DNA of 64,000 bases from an uncultured Pseudomonadota bacterium. Lineage in GTDB: Bacteria; Bdellovibrionota_B; Oligoflexia; Oligoflexales; CAIYRB01. The DNA lies in assembly GCA_903915625.1 (NCBI GenBank), contig CAIWTN010000090.1:66226-130225 (forward strand), in the 5' to 3' direction. This document shows, piece after piece, positions 21,589-33,215 of this stretch. Both the position numbers and the translations under genes were made by a program. Every line of letters starts with the position of its first letter. Position 1 is the stretch's first letter. The notes below the pieces were generated by a model. That model ran no database searches, was not told where the DNA came from, and was given only the letters and a program-made list of their open reading frames with translations.

Positions 21589-22092
21589 ATGGAAGATCAT
21601 TTTGATATGTTGATGGGAGTTATTCTTCCATACGCGAATTTTGCAATCTTTTTGGGATTGGCGATTTATTTTTTCCGCAAGCCAGCTGCAGCTGCCGCGA
21701 AAAAGCGTCGCGAGCAGTACAGTAAGCTAGTCGCCGAGGCTACGGCTGCTCGAGATGCCGCCGTTGCTAAGCTTGATGAATTAAAAAAGAGGGAAGAGTC
21801 GCTTGCCGATGAATTAGCGAGTATAAAGGCAGCCTCGCACGAGAGCGCAGAGCAAGAGGCTTTCAAAATCGTCGCGGATGCAGAGCGGCTCGCTAGCCAC
21901 CTGCGGGCCGAAGCGGGGCGGATCGCGGCTGCGGAAGTGGCAAAGGCCCGTGCGGAACTGCGCAAAGAGATCGTCGACACTGTCACTGCCAGTGTGAAAG
22001 AAAAACTAGTGCGCGAATTAAGCGTAGATACGCAGTTGGTTTTGGCTCGCAAAAAGATAGATGAATTGAAGCACGTCGGCGCGGATAGCTGA
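21589..22092 (+). CDS. atpF: F0F1 ATP synthase subunit b
   Basis: An N-terminal TM helix plus an Ala/Glu/Lys/Arg-rich helix. Lies before atpH. Confidence 0.8.
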   Translation: MEDHFDMLMGVILPYANFAIFLGLAIYFFRKPAAAAAKKRREQYSKLVAEATAARDAAVAKLDELKKREESLADELASIKAASHESAEQEAFKIVADAERLASHLRAEAGRIAAAEVAKARAELRKEIVDTVTASVKEKLVRELSVDTQLVLARKKIDELKHVGADS

Positions 22093-22099
22093 GGTTTAC

Positions 22100-22645
22100 A
22101 TGTCACGGATTGCTAAACGGTATGCACAGGCTCTGTTGAAATTAACAGCAGGGGACCTTGGTAAAGCGAAAAACTACCGCGATAGTTTGAATGAATTGAA
22201 GGCGCTTTTTGGCCTCAATGAGGCGGCTAAGGTTCTTTATAGCCCCGTTATGCCGAACGACCTAAAAAAGAGTCTGCTGTCATACGGGCTAAAGGCGGCT
22301 AATGCTGGGGACGAGCTTAGCCAGATGGTCAACACCGTGGTCGATGCCGGGCGCGTTAGTTTGTTGCCGCAGGTTATCGACGTATTCGCCAAGCTGATCG
22401 ATGAGGCGGAGGGAAAAGTGCATGCGGAAGTTACCTCCGCTGTTTCGCTGCCGTCGGAAGATACTAAACAGATTGCAACCGCGCTAAGTCACTTGCTCGG
22501 CAAAAACGCAGAGATTACGCAGCTAGTCGATAGCTCGCTACTCGGGGGATTTGTCGTAAAAGTCGGTGATTATGTGGTCGACTTAAGCTTGAAAACCAAG
22601 CTTGAAGGTCTGGCCAACGCCGCGGTCCAAGATACTTTTCGTTAA
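22100..22645 (+). CDS. atpH: F0F1 ATP synthase subunit delta (OSCP)
   Basis: 181 aa. Starts with IAKRYAQAL.. as in OSCP. The C-terminal LGGFVVKVGDYVVDLSLKTKL motif is present. Confidence 0.88.
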   Translation: MSRIAKRYAQALLKLTAGDLGKAKNYRDSLNELKALFGLNEAAKVLYSPVMPNDLKKSLLSYGLKAANAGDELSQMVNTVVDAGRVSLLPQVIDVFAKLIDEAEGKVHAEVTSAVSLPSEDTKQIATALSHLLGKNAEITQLVDSSLLGGFVVKVGDYVVDLSLKTKLEGLANAAVQDTFR

Positions 22646-22657
22646 GGGAAGGCCGTC

Positions 22658-24169
22658 ATGAGCACAGAGAAGATCCGAGTAGAAGAAGTCAGCCGAATCA
22701 TCAGTGAGCGAATCAAGAACTACGGGCAAACCGCAGAGCTTCAGGAAACAGGCACCGTGCTCACTGTCGGCGACGGCATTGCGCGCGCCTATGGTCTTGA
22801 AGGCGCTATGGCAGGCGAGCTGGTTCAGTTTGAAAACGGAACCCGCGGCGTAGTTTTGAACCTCGAAGAAGACAATGTCGGTATCGCCATTTTCGGAAAC
22901 GTAAAAGGGATCGCAGAGGGCCAGGTCGTCAAGCGGCTCAAAGAGATTAATTCGGTGCCAGTAGGCGACGCGCTTTTGGGTCGCGTGGTAAATGCACTGG
23001 GCGAGCCAATCGACGGCCAAGGACCAGTTAACACGACTGAGACAGGTATTGTCGAAGTTAAGGCTCCCGGAATCATCGACCGTAAGTCGGTGCACGAGCC
23101 TCTGCAAACCGGTATTAAAGCAATTGATGCCATGACACCTATTGGTCGTGGTCAACGGGAATTGATCATTGGCGACCGGCAAACCGGCAAGACGACGATT
23201 TGCGTTGATACGATCATCAATCAAAAGGGCAAGGACGTAATCTGTATTTACGTTGCGATCGGCCAAAAGGCCTCGACCGTAGCCCAGGTCGTTGAGAAGC
23301 TGAAGCGTTTTGGCGCGATGGATTACACAATCGTGGTGGCCGCTACTGCGATTGACCCGGCACCGATGCAGTTCGTCGCACCATATTCGGGCTGTCGAAT
23401 GGCTGAGTACTTCCTGCATAAGGGCAAGCATGCGGTCATTTTCTACGATGACCTTTCGAAGCAAGCTGCTGCTTATCGTGAGTTATCGTTGTTGCTCCGC
23501 CGTCCTCCGGGTCGGGAAGCGTACCCAGGCGACGTATTTTACGTGCATAGTCGCTTGCTCGAGCGCGCTTGCAAGTTAAATGACAAGCTGGGCGCGGGTT
23601 CCATCACGGCATTCCCGGTGGTAGAAACACAAGCGGGTGATATCTCCGCCTATATTCCAACGAACGTGATTTCGATCACCGACGGGCAGATCTTCCTGGA
23701 AAGTGATCTTTTCTTCTCAGGTATCCGTCCAGCGATTAATGCCGGCCTTTCCGTGTCGCGGGTAGGCGGAGCAGCGCAGGTCCCTGGCATGAAGAAGGTC
23801 GCCGGATCGCTGCGCCTCGAATTGGCTCAATTTCGCGAATTAGCCGCATTTTCTCAATTCGGTTCCGACCTTGACCAGTCCACTCAAAGGACCCTCAAGC
23901 GCGGTGAGCGCCTCGTGGAGATCCTTAAGCAGGGTCAATACGCGCCAATGCAAGTTGGTCTTCAGATCGCCTCAATTTTTGCGGTGACCAAGGGCTACTT
24001 GGACAAGCGTGATGTTTCGCAGGTAGGGGAGTGGGAAAAAGGCATGCACGAATATCTGCTTGCACGTTACCCACAAGTAGCTGAGAAGCTCGAAAAGCGC
24101 GCCAAACTGGAAGATGTCCAAGCCGACTTGGTTAAGGCCATTGAAGAATTCGACAAGGGATTCAAGTAA
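22658..24169 (+). CDS. atpA: F0F1 ATP synthase subunit alpha
   Basis: Walker A GDRQTGKT. Highly conserved alpha-subunit sequence throughout. Confidence 0.98.
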   Translation: MSTEKIRVEEVSRIISERIKNYGQTAELQETGTVLTVGDGIARAYGLEGAMAGELVQFENGTRGVVLNLEEDNVGIAIFGNVKGIAEGQVVKRLKEINSVPVGDALLGRVVNALGEPIDGQGPVNTTETGIVEVKAPGIIDRKSVHEPLQTGIKAIDAMTPIGRGQRELIIGDRQTGKTTICVDTIINQKGKDVICIYVAIGQKASTVAQVVEKLKRFGAMDYTIVVAATAIDPAPMQFVAPYSGCRMAEYFLHKGKHAVIFYDDLSKQAAAYRELSLLLRRPPGREAYPGDVFYVHSRLLERACKLNDKLGAGSITAFPVVETQAGDISAYIPTNVISITDGQIFLESDLFFSGIRPAINAGLSVSRVGGAAQVPGMKKVAGSLRLELAQFRELAAFSQFGSDLDQSTQRTLKRGERLVEILKQGQYAPMQVGLQIASIFAVTKGYLDKRDVSQVGEWEKGMHEYLLARYPQVAEKLEKRAKLEDVQADLVKAIEEFDKGFK

Positions 24170-25050
24170 TGCCAAGTTTAAAGGATATTCGCCGCCGCAT
24201 CGGCAGCGTGAAAAACACGCAGAAAATTACGCGCGCAATGAAATTAGTTGCCGCCGCGAAGTTCGCGCGTGCTAACGCAGCCGTCGTGGCCGCTAGGCCT
24301 TACGGCGCAGCCTTTCAGGCAATGGTTGAGCGTCTGGTGGCGGCAGCGGGTGGGAGTGTACCATCACCGCTCCTGAACGAACGCGAAGAGCATAAGATTT
24401 TGCTAGTGCTTCTTTCGACTGATCGTGGTTTTTGCGGTGGCTTGAATTCGAATTTGTTTAAGCAGGCCGTACAGTTTATCAATGCAAAAAGGCGTGACGG
24501 CGTTCAAGTAGACCTGATGCCTTGGGGACGCAGAGCTCGTCAATTTAGCGCAAAGTTGAGCTACGAAGTTCAAGACCCGCGGGAAAAAGTTCTTGATAAA
24601 CCGAGTTATGGTCTAGCCAAGGAATTGGCGGCGGACTTAGTACATCGCTTTGAACACGAGGGTTACGATCGGGTTTATCTGGGATTTGTCGAGTTTAAGT
24701 CGGCAATGTCGCAGGTTCCGAAATTTGCCCAGGTGTTGCCGGTAGGAAAGAGCCACTCCGGAAGGTCTCACAAAGAGCCGGAAATCGCTTTTGGGCCCGA
24801 TATTTTGGTAGAGCCGTCTATTCAAGAAGTACTCGAACAGGTTTTAAAGAGAGAAGTGGCTGGATTGATCTTCCGCGCCATGTTGGAGGGCGCAGCGTCC
24901 GAACACGGGGCTAGGATGACGGCAATGGATTCGGCAACAAACAATGCCAATGAAGTGCTGCGTCGGATGAAGATTCAATATAACCGCGCCCGGCAAGCAG
25001 CAATTACTAAAGAACTTATTGAAATCACCAGCGGCGCCCAGGCCCTGTGA
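24169..25050 (+). CDS. atpG: F0F1 ATP synthase subunit gamma
   Basis: N-terminal LKDIRRRIGSVKNTQKITRAMKLVAAAK and C-terminal ITKELIEI..GA. Confidence 0.95.
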   Translation: MPSLKDIRRRIGSVKNTQKITRAMKLVAAAKFARANAAVVAARPYGAAFQAMVERLVAAAGGSVPSPLLNEREEHKILLVLLSTDRGFCGGLNSNLFKQAVQFINAKRRDGVQVDLMPWGRRARQFSAKLSYEVQDPREKVLDKPSYGLAKELAADLVHRFEHEGYDRVYLGFVEFKSAMSQVPKFAQVLPVGKSHSGRSHKEPEIAFGPDILVEPSIQEVLEQVLKREVAGLIFRAMLEGAASEHGARMTAMDSATNNANEVLRRMKIQYNRARQAAITKELIEITSGAQAL

Positions 25051-25054
25051 GTGA

Positions 25055-26485
<1,431 letters not shown>

Positions 26486-26503
26486 TGCGAGAGGCTTCGG
26501 CCC

Positions 26504-26911
26504 ATGGCTGAACTACATGTGAGTATCTTGACCCCCGCTAAAGTAGCGGGGACGTTTTCGGCTGAGCAGGTCCAAGTACCAGGGATCGATGGTTATTTGG
26601 GGGTTCTGCCAGGACATACCCAGTTAATCTCGGAACTAGGCGTTGGTGAACTCTTGGTTCATACCCGGCAGGGTATCGAGAGTTACTTCGTGTCCGGTGG
26701 TTACCTCGACGTAGGCGAGGGCAATCACGTTACGATTCTTGTAGATATTGCCGAAAAGCCAGTGGATATCAAAGTCGACAGAGCTAAGGACGCTCGTCAG
26801 CGTGCGTTGTCTAGGCTTGATGATAAGAGCGGCGTGGACGTGTTGCGGGCTCAGGCTGCGCTGCGTCGGGCTGAACAGCGGCTTGTAGTCGCTGCGCGGC
26901 TCAGTAAGTGA
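26504..26911 (+). CDS. atpC: F0F1 ATP synthase subunit epsilon
   Basis: 135 aa with a beta-sandwich plus helical hairpin. Lies directly after atpD. Confidence 0.9.
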   Translation: MAELHVSILTPAKVAGTFSAEQVQVPGIDGYLGVLPGHTQLISELGVGELLVHTRQGIESYFVSGGYLDVGEGNHVTILVDIAEKPVDIKVDRAKDARQRALSRLDDKSGVDVLRAQAALRRAEQRLVVAARLSK

Positions 26912-28029
26912 AAGCTGAGTGGGGCCTTTATTGGGACGGCTACGGTTTAGACGCTCCCAATTCTGGTGTTTTTGTTCACGCAGCAAACTTAGCCGCAGAA
27001 TTAATTGGGTTGGGAGTCAGGCCGGTGTTGGTTGGGAAACCAGCAGCATTGGCCAATTTCCCTTTGCTAGAGGGTATAGCTCCTACTGCAGGAGCGCTAA
27101 GTAGATTCTTGCCGGATAATAAAATTTCGTGGTGTGCGGATGTTGCGCGCGCGATCTCCAAAAGGACGAGTCGCGGGCGCGCTCCGTTTATTATCCATGG
27201 TTTGAGTAATTTTAATGTGCCCGCTGGAACACTGGCAAGGTGCCGGCGGGTGTTGACGATACACGATTTGATACCATTGTTGGCTCCCGACCAAGTTTCA
27301 AAAGCTTTAGTTTGGCAGCTTAAATACTTACTGCCGCGAGCCGTGGCTGCAGCCGATCGAGTAGTTTGTGTGTCAGATTGGACTTATCAAACTTTAGTGA
27401 GTTTTATTCCCGAGGCTGCAGCGAAGGCTAGGGTGATCTCGAATGGTGTTTTCCGTCAATCCGCGTTTCCGAGTCGGACGGCAGAACGGCAGCGGAACCA
27501 GTCGATAGACTTATTATTCGTAGCCCGTTTCGAGCCTTATAAAGGCCATCATTGGTTGTTAAAATGGTTGAAGGAATCCGCCCTGCCACTGAAGTTAACT
27601 TTGATTACGGACGTTGGGGGGGAAGAGTTCTGGAATCGATATGGCTCTCAGTTGATCGCCAAGGGATCTGTCATTTTAAAGCGGAGTGTTTTTGGCGACG
27701 CACTTAGAGCGGCTTACGAGGCGGCCGATGTTTATGTAAGCCCCTCTCGTTTCGAAGGCTTTTGCTTACCCGCAGTTGAGGCACTAAGTGCCGGAATACC
27801 TGTTGTTTATCGTCCAGGTAGCGGGATTGACGAGGTGGCTGGTCTGAGCGTTGGCGTACCTGTTGATGATGCTAATTCGGTTCTAAGTTGGGACAAAGCA
27901 GTCGAAGAGGCGCTTGATCGCTCGCAGCGGGAGGATTTTCCTAAAATGCTAGCCGATCACCTCTCTTCACTTCCGACCTGGAAAGATGCGGCCATTCAGC
28001 TTTTGTCTCTGTATAATGAGTTAGTCTAA
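26908..28029 (+). CDS. Glycosyltransferase, GT-B fold (family 4-like)
   Basis: C-terminal EX7E-type motif (SRFEGFCLPAVEALSAGIPVV). The GTG start overlaps the atpC stop (GTGA). The start is uncertain. Confidence 0.75.
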   Translation: MKAEWGLYWDGYGLDAPNSGVFVHAANLAAELIGLGVRPVLVGKPAALANFPLLEGIAPTAGALSRFLPDNKISWCADVARAISKRTSRGRAPFIIHGLSNFNVPAGTLARCRRVLTIHDLIPLLAPDQVSKALVWQLKYLLPRAVAAADRVVCVSDWTYQTLVSFIPEAAAKARVISNGVFRQSAFPSRTAERQRNQSIDLLFVARFEPYKGHHWLLKWLKESALPLKLTLITDVGGEEFWNRYGSQLIAKGSVILKRSVFGDALRAAYEAADVYVSPSRFEGFCLPAVEALSAGIPVVYRPGSGIDEVAGLSVGVPVDDANSVLSWDKAVEEALDRSQREDFPKMLADHLSSLPTWKDAAIQLLSLYNELV

Positions 28030-28059
28030 TCGACTAACTTATTATCTAGGAGCAGCGCT

Positions 28060-28992
28060 GTGGAACAAGCCGCCGTCATGGTTACAGGGGGCTCTGGTTT
28101 TATCGGGTCGCAACTCGTTCGTCGGTTGACCGAGCTCCACCGAACGGTAGTGGCGATTTATCGGCGTAAATTGCCGGAATCGCTAGATCGTGTTTATCCC
28201 GTATGCACTGATTTGAGCTCACCAGAATTGATGGCTGCGCCACTCCGTGGCGTCGGAACGGTCGTGCACTTGGCGTGGGAGGGAGGGTTTGCCGGGTCGT
28301 TACCAAATGGTACAGATGAAAAAGCACTATCCGCTCCAAGCGACAGCTCGAACCTGAAGATGCTTGGGAATCTGATCGCTGCGATGGAACGAGCCGGCAC
28401 TAAAAGAATTTTGTTACTAAGTGCCATTGGTGCGAGCAAAGAGGCTGCGAGCCCTTTTTTGCGCGAAAAATATGCGGCAGAATCACTTGTAATCAACTCT
28501 AAAATTTCTGAGCGAATCATCATTCGAACAGCGGTTGCTTGGGGTGGGCAGCAGTCTAACGACCGCTTCTTGCGATCAATTCTCAGGGTGCTGCGCTATC
28601 CGATTTATCCAGTGCCGCAAAGGCACGGAAATATTTCCCCGATTCATGTTAATGATCTGGCAACAATTTTGGCGTCTGCCTGCAAGATCAAATTAAACGA
28701 GCCTGTTGCCGTTCTCGAAGTGCATGGTCGCGAAAGTTACCAGATTCCCGAGATTCTGCGAATAGTCGCAGATCGGCTGACAAAGGGCACTCGCATACCC
28801 TTGGGTGGCTTTCTGGGGCGGTCACTACTGCCGCTGTTAGAAAGAGATCGACGCACCAACACAGACACGCCCAAATTACAGCATGTTCTTGGGCTGGGGG
28901 GGTATGCCGACACAGGTTTGGCTTTATCTAACCCGCTGAATGCTGTCATTCCCAGGGAGCTAGTGGCCTTTCGCGACGGGATATTTAAGTAG
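28060..28992 (+). CDS. NAD-dependent epimerase/dehydratase (extended SDR family)
   Basis: N-terminal Rossmann motif VTGGSGFIGSQLV. 310 aa. Confidence 0.78.
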   Translation: MEQAAVMVTGGSGFIGSQLVRRLTELHRTVVAIYRRKLPESLDRVYPVCTDLSSPELMAAPLRGVGTVVHLAWEGGFAGSLPNGTDEKALSAPSDSSNLKMLGNLIAAMERAGTKRILLLSAIGASKEAASPFLREKYAAESLVINSKISERIIIRTAVAWGGQQSNDRFLRSILRVLRYPIYPVPQRHGNISPIHVNDLATILASACKIKLNEPVAVLEVHGRESYQIPEILRIVADRLTKGTRIPLGGFLGRSLLPLLERDRRTNTDTPKLQHVLGLGGYADTGLALSNPLNAVIPRELVAFRDGIFK

Positions 28993-29026
28993 ATTCAGCC
29001 GGGGGGCGGGCCGCGGAGGTCGCCCT

Positions 29027-29056
29027 GCCCAGGCTATGCTACAGCACAGCCTGGGC
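29027..29056. terminator. GC-rich hairpin between convergent genes (possible bidirectional terminator)
   Basis: GCCCAGGCT (29027-29035) pairs with AGCCTGGGC (29048-29056). No clear U-tract. Confidence 0.35.
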
Positions 29057-29065
29057 TGCGATTGG

Positions 29066-30883
29066 TCAGTCGAGCGGTAGGTCGCGCATGCCGTGGCGTA
29101 AAAATGCGGGAACTTCTAGGTTGTCGGTTTCGCCCATTCTTTGTGGGGTACGCATGCGTTCGGCAAGCTCAAGGGACTCGTCAATCTTTTTGTCGATCTC
29201 GGCGACAGCATCGATGCCATCAGATCCGAACGAACTAACTTCAGCAACAGCTCCTTTGACTGCACCGGGACGATAATCGATTGCGTCCATCGATTGAACT
29301 ACGGTTTGATCTAATACCTCGCCGAGGTAGTTTGGCGCGTTGCTAAGAGAGACGTCTGATTCCAACGATTCAAGAGAGTCAGTGTTTAAGACTTCATGAT
29401 TTGTGACGACGATCTCGGGATTAAAGTGTGTCGAATAGCTATTGCTCGACAGAAAGAATTCGTCCTCTATCTGACCAGCGAAGCCCGGATCCGCAGCGTC
29501 TGCCGAGTGCTCCTGGGAGATTTCCGTTTCTGCAGCCGCACTTTGTAGGCTCGGGACCTCAGCCAAATCAAATGTCCATGCAGCTAGTTGACGAGCTTCG
29601 TCAGTGGCCGTCAGTCCAAGAGACAGACTAGGGATTTCTTGTTCCGAGGATTCCGATGGATGTGCATCTACCTGATGAATTGGAGCATGTGGTGAAAATT
29701 TGGGTTCTAGCTCGATATTTATGTCGGATTTCAGTAATTCGCTTGGCGTCACAACAACTGGGGCTGTGGTGATGTTCTCACTTGTTACTATCACGGGGTC
29801 ATTTGTCTGCGATTTAGTGTCTAGTCCAGATGTCGATGTCGTAAGTCGCGATCCGAACGGCGATTGAACTGGCTGAGGCTTTGGAATATTGACATTGCTA
29901 ATATCTGTCTCTTCTTTGTCGACAGGGAACCCTGTGGCTATTACGGTGACGCGCATCTGACCGCCTAAGGTCTCATCAATGACAGCACCAAAGATAATGT
30001 TGGCGTCTTCGTGTGCAGCATCTTGAACTATAGAGCAAGCCTCGTTCACCTCCATCAAGGTGACTTCAGAGCCGGCAGTAATGTTTATTAAGATACCAGT
30101 CGCGCCTTCGATATCGATGTCTTCCAGAAGTGGCGACGAGATGGCCATCTTTGCTGCCTCTGCTGCCCTTTGATCTCCAGTCGCCGCACCGATCCCCATG
30201 AGAGCTTGTCCCATGCAAGACATAACCGTCTTCACATCGGCAAAGTCAACGTTCACGCGGCCAGGTATGTTTATGATATCGCTGATGCCACGCACCGCAT
30301 TTACTAGAACGTCATCAGCCATCTTAAATGCATCGATCATGCTGAGCGAAGGTGAGGCAACTTGCAAAAGGCGCTGGTTAGGAATTGTAATCAGTGTATC
30401 AACGCATTCGCGCAGGCGGGAAATGCCAATTTCGGCGTGCTTGCGCCTACGTTTACCTTCAAATCCAAACGGCTTAGTAACCACAGCTACAGTTAAGGCA
30501 CCAAGCTCGCGGGCAATTTGTGCCACGACGGCCGCACCACCGGTGCCTGTGCCTCCGCCCATGCCTGCGGTGATAAACACCATGTCCGCACCAGCGAGAG
30601 CCTGCTGGATTTCGTAGCGATCTTCAAGGGCAGCATCGCGGCCGACATCGGGATCGGCACCAGCCCCTAATCCGCGGGTTAACTCACGGCCGACCTGTAG
30701 CTTTTGCTCAGCTAGAGAGAAGCGTAAAGCCTGCACGTCAGTATTGGCGGTGATGAAGTCGACCCCCTCGAGGCCACTTCGAATCATGGTGTTGACGGCG
30801 TTGCCTCCACCGCCACCTACACCGATGACTTTGATTTTCGCACCGGGCGGAGTGATGAAATTAGGATCGAAGCTCATGGGCAC
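29066..30883 (-). CDS. ftsZ: Cell division protein FtsZ, with an unusually long C-terminal linker
   Basis: Tubulin signature GGGTGTG. The core ends near residue 320 (VTVIATGF). An acidic, low-complexity linker of about 270 aa follows, then the conserved C-terminal peptide (LEVPAFLRH). Confidence 0.96.
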   Translation of the reverse strand: MPMSFDPNFITPPGAKIKVIGVGGGGGNAVNTMIRSGLEGVDFITANTDVQALRFSLAEQKLQVGRELTRGLGAGADPDVGRDAALEDRYEIQQALAGADMVFITAGMGGGTGTGGAAVVAQIARELGALTVAVVTKPFGFEGKRRRKHAEIGISRLRECVDTLITIPNQRLLQVASPSLSMIDAFKMADDVLVNAVRGISDIINIPGRVNVDFADVKTVMSCMGQALMGIGAATGDQRAAEAAKMAISSPLLEDIDIEGATGILINITAGSEVTLMEVNEACSIVQDAAHEDANIIFGAVIDETLGGQMRVTVIATGFPVDKEETDISNVNIPKPQPVQSPFGSRLTTSTSGLDTKSQTNDPVIVTSENITTAPVVVTPSELLKSDINIELEPKFSPHAPIHQVDAHPSESSEQEIPSLSLGLTATDEARQLAAWTFDLAEVPSLQSAAAETEISQEHSADAADPGFAGQIEDEFFLSSNSYSTHFNPEIVVTNHEVLNTDSLESLESDVSLSNAPNYLGEVLDQTVVQSMDAIDYRPGAVKGAVAEVSSFGSDGIDAVAEIDKKIDESLELAERMRTPQRMGETDNLEVPAFLRHGMRDLPLD

Positions 30884-31044
30884 TTCTCCCTCACAGCAAA
30901 GCCTGTGTCGTTCACAGGAACACGGATGAGATTATCGATGATGGCGTAATATGAATTATAGGAACCACGCCTGAAAACTGTCAAATATTTGACAGATTTT
31001 TCCCAGTCCTCAAGTTCCTGAGGAGTCTGGCGCATGAAGTTGAA

Positions 31045-32289
31045 TCAGCTGAGTTCGCGTAGCCAATTGACAAATTGCCCCAAATAGCGATTCGTCCAAG
31101 TATTCCTCTTCGTCTTAGCTAACTCTTCGACGCGCCCCAATTCGAGATTGAGTAGACCGATGGCTGTGGCAAATTTAGTGGGATGAATGACGGCATTGTT
31201 TGACGAGGAGGTCTGTAACCCAGCTTCCTGTCCACCGCCAAGTACAGGCCGTGCCCGCGCAACCGGAACGCTCAGACGCGACGAGAAATACTCGGTGATG
31301 CCCTTTACGTCAGCACCGCCACCTGTTAACAGAATCCCAGCTCCTAAGCAGCCTTTATACGGCTGAAGCTCACCAGCTAAAAGGGCGCATAGCTCATGAA
31401 CTCGTGGACCTAGAACGGGCGTGGTTTGCTCCGCACTAATTGTCCTTTTTTCACCCTTAATGTTGATAACTTCCATCGAGTCGCCCGGCCTAGGTCTGAT
31501 GCCAAAGCGCAGTTTAACCGCTTCGGCAGTTTCTGCCGGCAGACTAAGTCCGATGGCGATATCGTTTGTCATTAACTTGCCTGCAACGTTCACGGTGAAA
31601 GCTGCTGCTGGCCTTCCGCCTTTAAAAACGATCCCGTCCGTAGTACCGCCACCAATGTCAGCAAGCGCAACCCCAAGTTGCTTGTAGGAATCAGGCACCG
31701 TTACGGAAGCGGAAGCGAAGGGCTCTGAATATAACCTAACAACCTGCAAGCCACATTCATTGCAAACGTCGACGACGTCTTTCATATAGAGCTTGTCGGC
31801 ATCAATCAGGAAGTATTCTGCAGTCAAAATCTTGCCGCGAAATCCCACAGGGTCGTCAATAGACTCGCGAGTATCGATGCGATAACTTATCGGTATCGTA
31901 TGCAGTAATTCACGCCCCTCGGTCGGAGCCTGGAGCTCTGCTTGCTCCATAAGAGCGCGCATATCCTGCACAGTGACAACTTCGCCAGCTATCGGGCGAC
32001 TTACTGAGACGATTCGGCTAGCCAGATGACTTCCGGCAATCCCAACTACTACCCGAGTGATGTCGGTGTCGAAATGGCTTTCTCCAAGTTCGAGAAGCTG
32101 ACGTAGAGCTGACTTTGCTTGCTCCACGTTAGCCAGCATACCGCGACGCATTCCTTCGGCAGGAACACATAGAGTCTCGACCATGTGACCATCAAGGCTC
32201 GGCGTTTCTCGTAACATCGCCAGGCAAAATTTGGTCGTCCCAAAGTCAAGGCTGAATAAACCCTTAAGATACTTCGCCTTGGGCTGCAT
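31045..32289 (-). CDS. ftsA: Cell division protein FtsA
   Basis: Actin/Hsp70-fold motifs (LDFGTTKF, DIGGGTTD). C-terminal amphipathic tail. Lies between ftsQ and ftsZ. Confidence 0.92.
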   Translation of the reverse strand: MQPKAKYLKGLFSLDFGTTKFCLAMLRETPSLDGHMVETLCVPAEGMRRGMLANVEQAKSALRQLLELGESHFDTDITRVVVGIAGSHLASRIVSVSRPIAGEVVTVQDMRALMEQAELQAPTEGRELLHTIPISYRIDTRESIDDPVGFRGKILTAEYFLIDADKLYMKDVVDVCNECGLQVVRLYSEPFASASVTVPDSYKQLGVALADIGGGTTDGIVFKGGRPAAAFTVNVAGKLMTNDIAIGLSLPAETAEAVKLRFGIRPRPGDSMEVINIKGEKRTISAEQTTPVLGPRVHELCALLAGELQPYKGCLGAGILLTGGGADVKGITEYFSSRLSVPVARARPVLGGGQEAGLQTSSSNNAVIHPTKFATAIGLLNLELGRVEELAKTKRNTWTNRYLGQFVNWLRELS

Positions 32290-32339
32290 GATGAACCTGC
32301 GTGAAAAGAGGACTGCAAAAGTAGCTAGTTCTCTAATCG

Positions 32340-33215
32340 TTACATTTTCTTCAGTTTTACGAAAGCCTTGCCTTGATAGTCGAGCTCGATTCGCTGTGCC
32401 TGTTCCTGGCGAAGTGCTAATTTATCAAGAATTCCCTTAAGTTTATCAAGCTTTTCGACAAAAGGGGCTCGGCCTAATGCAACTTCTGTTTTGGTTGCGC
32501 CAAGCTCGCAGACAAACCCGCGGAACTTTTGCAATTGCAAATGCTCAAGAACGAGCTCCTTTTTTCGTGCGTCCTGCAACAGCGTTATTGCCTCGCGCAG
32601 CAGCACTTTAGTATTGGAATCAACGTTAACAGTTAAGTCCTCTCCGAGTTCCACGGGCAATTTTTCTTCAAACACACCGCTTAGTACAGGACCAGGACAA
32701 ACCTCTCCTGCGCTTTGATCGACTTGACCGTAGATTTCTCCCATGGTCGAGACCAGCCTCAACTTATCAGACTCGACGCAGAAGACCGGCTCCCGCTTGG
32801 TTAAGCTGATAATCACGTTAAATGGCGCGATTTTTGTCACCCTAACGTCGGCATAGGAACCTAATTTTTGAATCGCCTTGGCGGCCTTTTCGAGGTCTTC
32901 GTGCGAGCCTTGACCGAGCAAGTGTCGTGTCGTGTTTAATAGATCCGACCTCGCCTGATCGGAAATAGAAGTATGTTCGCTAAGTTTAAGCACTAGGTCC
33001 CAGGAGTTGGGATCAATGACTCGGCCACTTTTTACAGCTAAATTCGAGCGCTGAAACCGATTTTTACCATATATAAAAGCGCCCCCGGTTGCGACTGTGC
33101 ATAACAAAGCTATGCCGATCATACGAGTTTTTAAAGAGCGCCCGCGGCTCTTCTGATTTCTGGGCTTCTGCCGTGTTAACACCGATTCCCGACGACCTTT
33201 GCGACCTTTACTCAT
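32340..33215 (-). CDS. ftsQ: Cell division protein FtsQ (POTRA-domain, bitopic)
   Basis: Basic N-terminus, a single TM helix (IGIALLCTVATGGAFIY) and a periplasmic POTRA/FtsQ-like domain. The start is set at the ATG at 33215, which forms an ATGA overlap with the murC stop. The track's extension to 33338 lies inside murC. Confidence 0.75.
   Translation of the reverse strand: MSKGRKGRRESVLTRQKPRNQKSRGRSLKTRMIGIALLCTVATGGAFIYGKNRFQRSNLAVKSGRVIDPNSWDLVLKLSEHTSISDQARSDLLNTTRHLLGQGSHEDLEKAAKAIQKLGSYADVRVTKIAPFNVIISLTKREPVFCVESDKLRLVSTMGEIYGQVDQSAGEVCPGPVLSGVFEEKLPVELGEDLTVNVDSNTKVLLREAITLLQDARKKELVLEHLQLQKFRGFVCELGATKTEVALGRAPFVEKLDKLKGILDKLALRQEQAQRIELDYQGKAFVKLKKM

Noticed and set aside
22583-23464. 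293-aa ORF antisense to atpA. Similar long antisense ORFs occur at 21666-22106 (versus atpF), 16971-17363 (versus atpE), 60359-61045 (versus purQ/purL), 52339-52689 (versus yajC) and 44659-45162 (versus the LysM gene).
   Set aside because: Each lies entirely opposite a confidently identified conserved gene. They have low-complexity or Arg/Ser/Ala-rich composition and no RBS. This is the typical shadow-ORF behaviour of the strand opposite a real gene.
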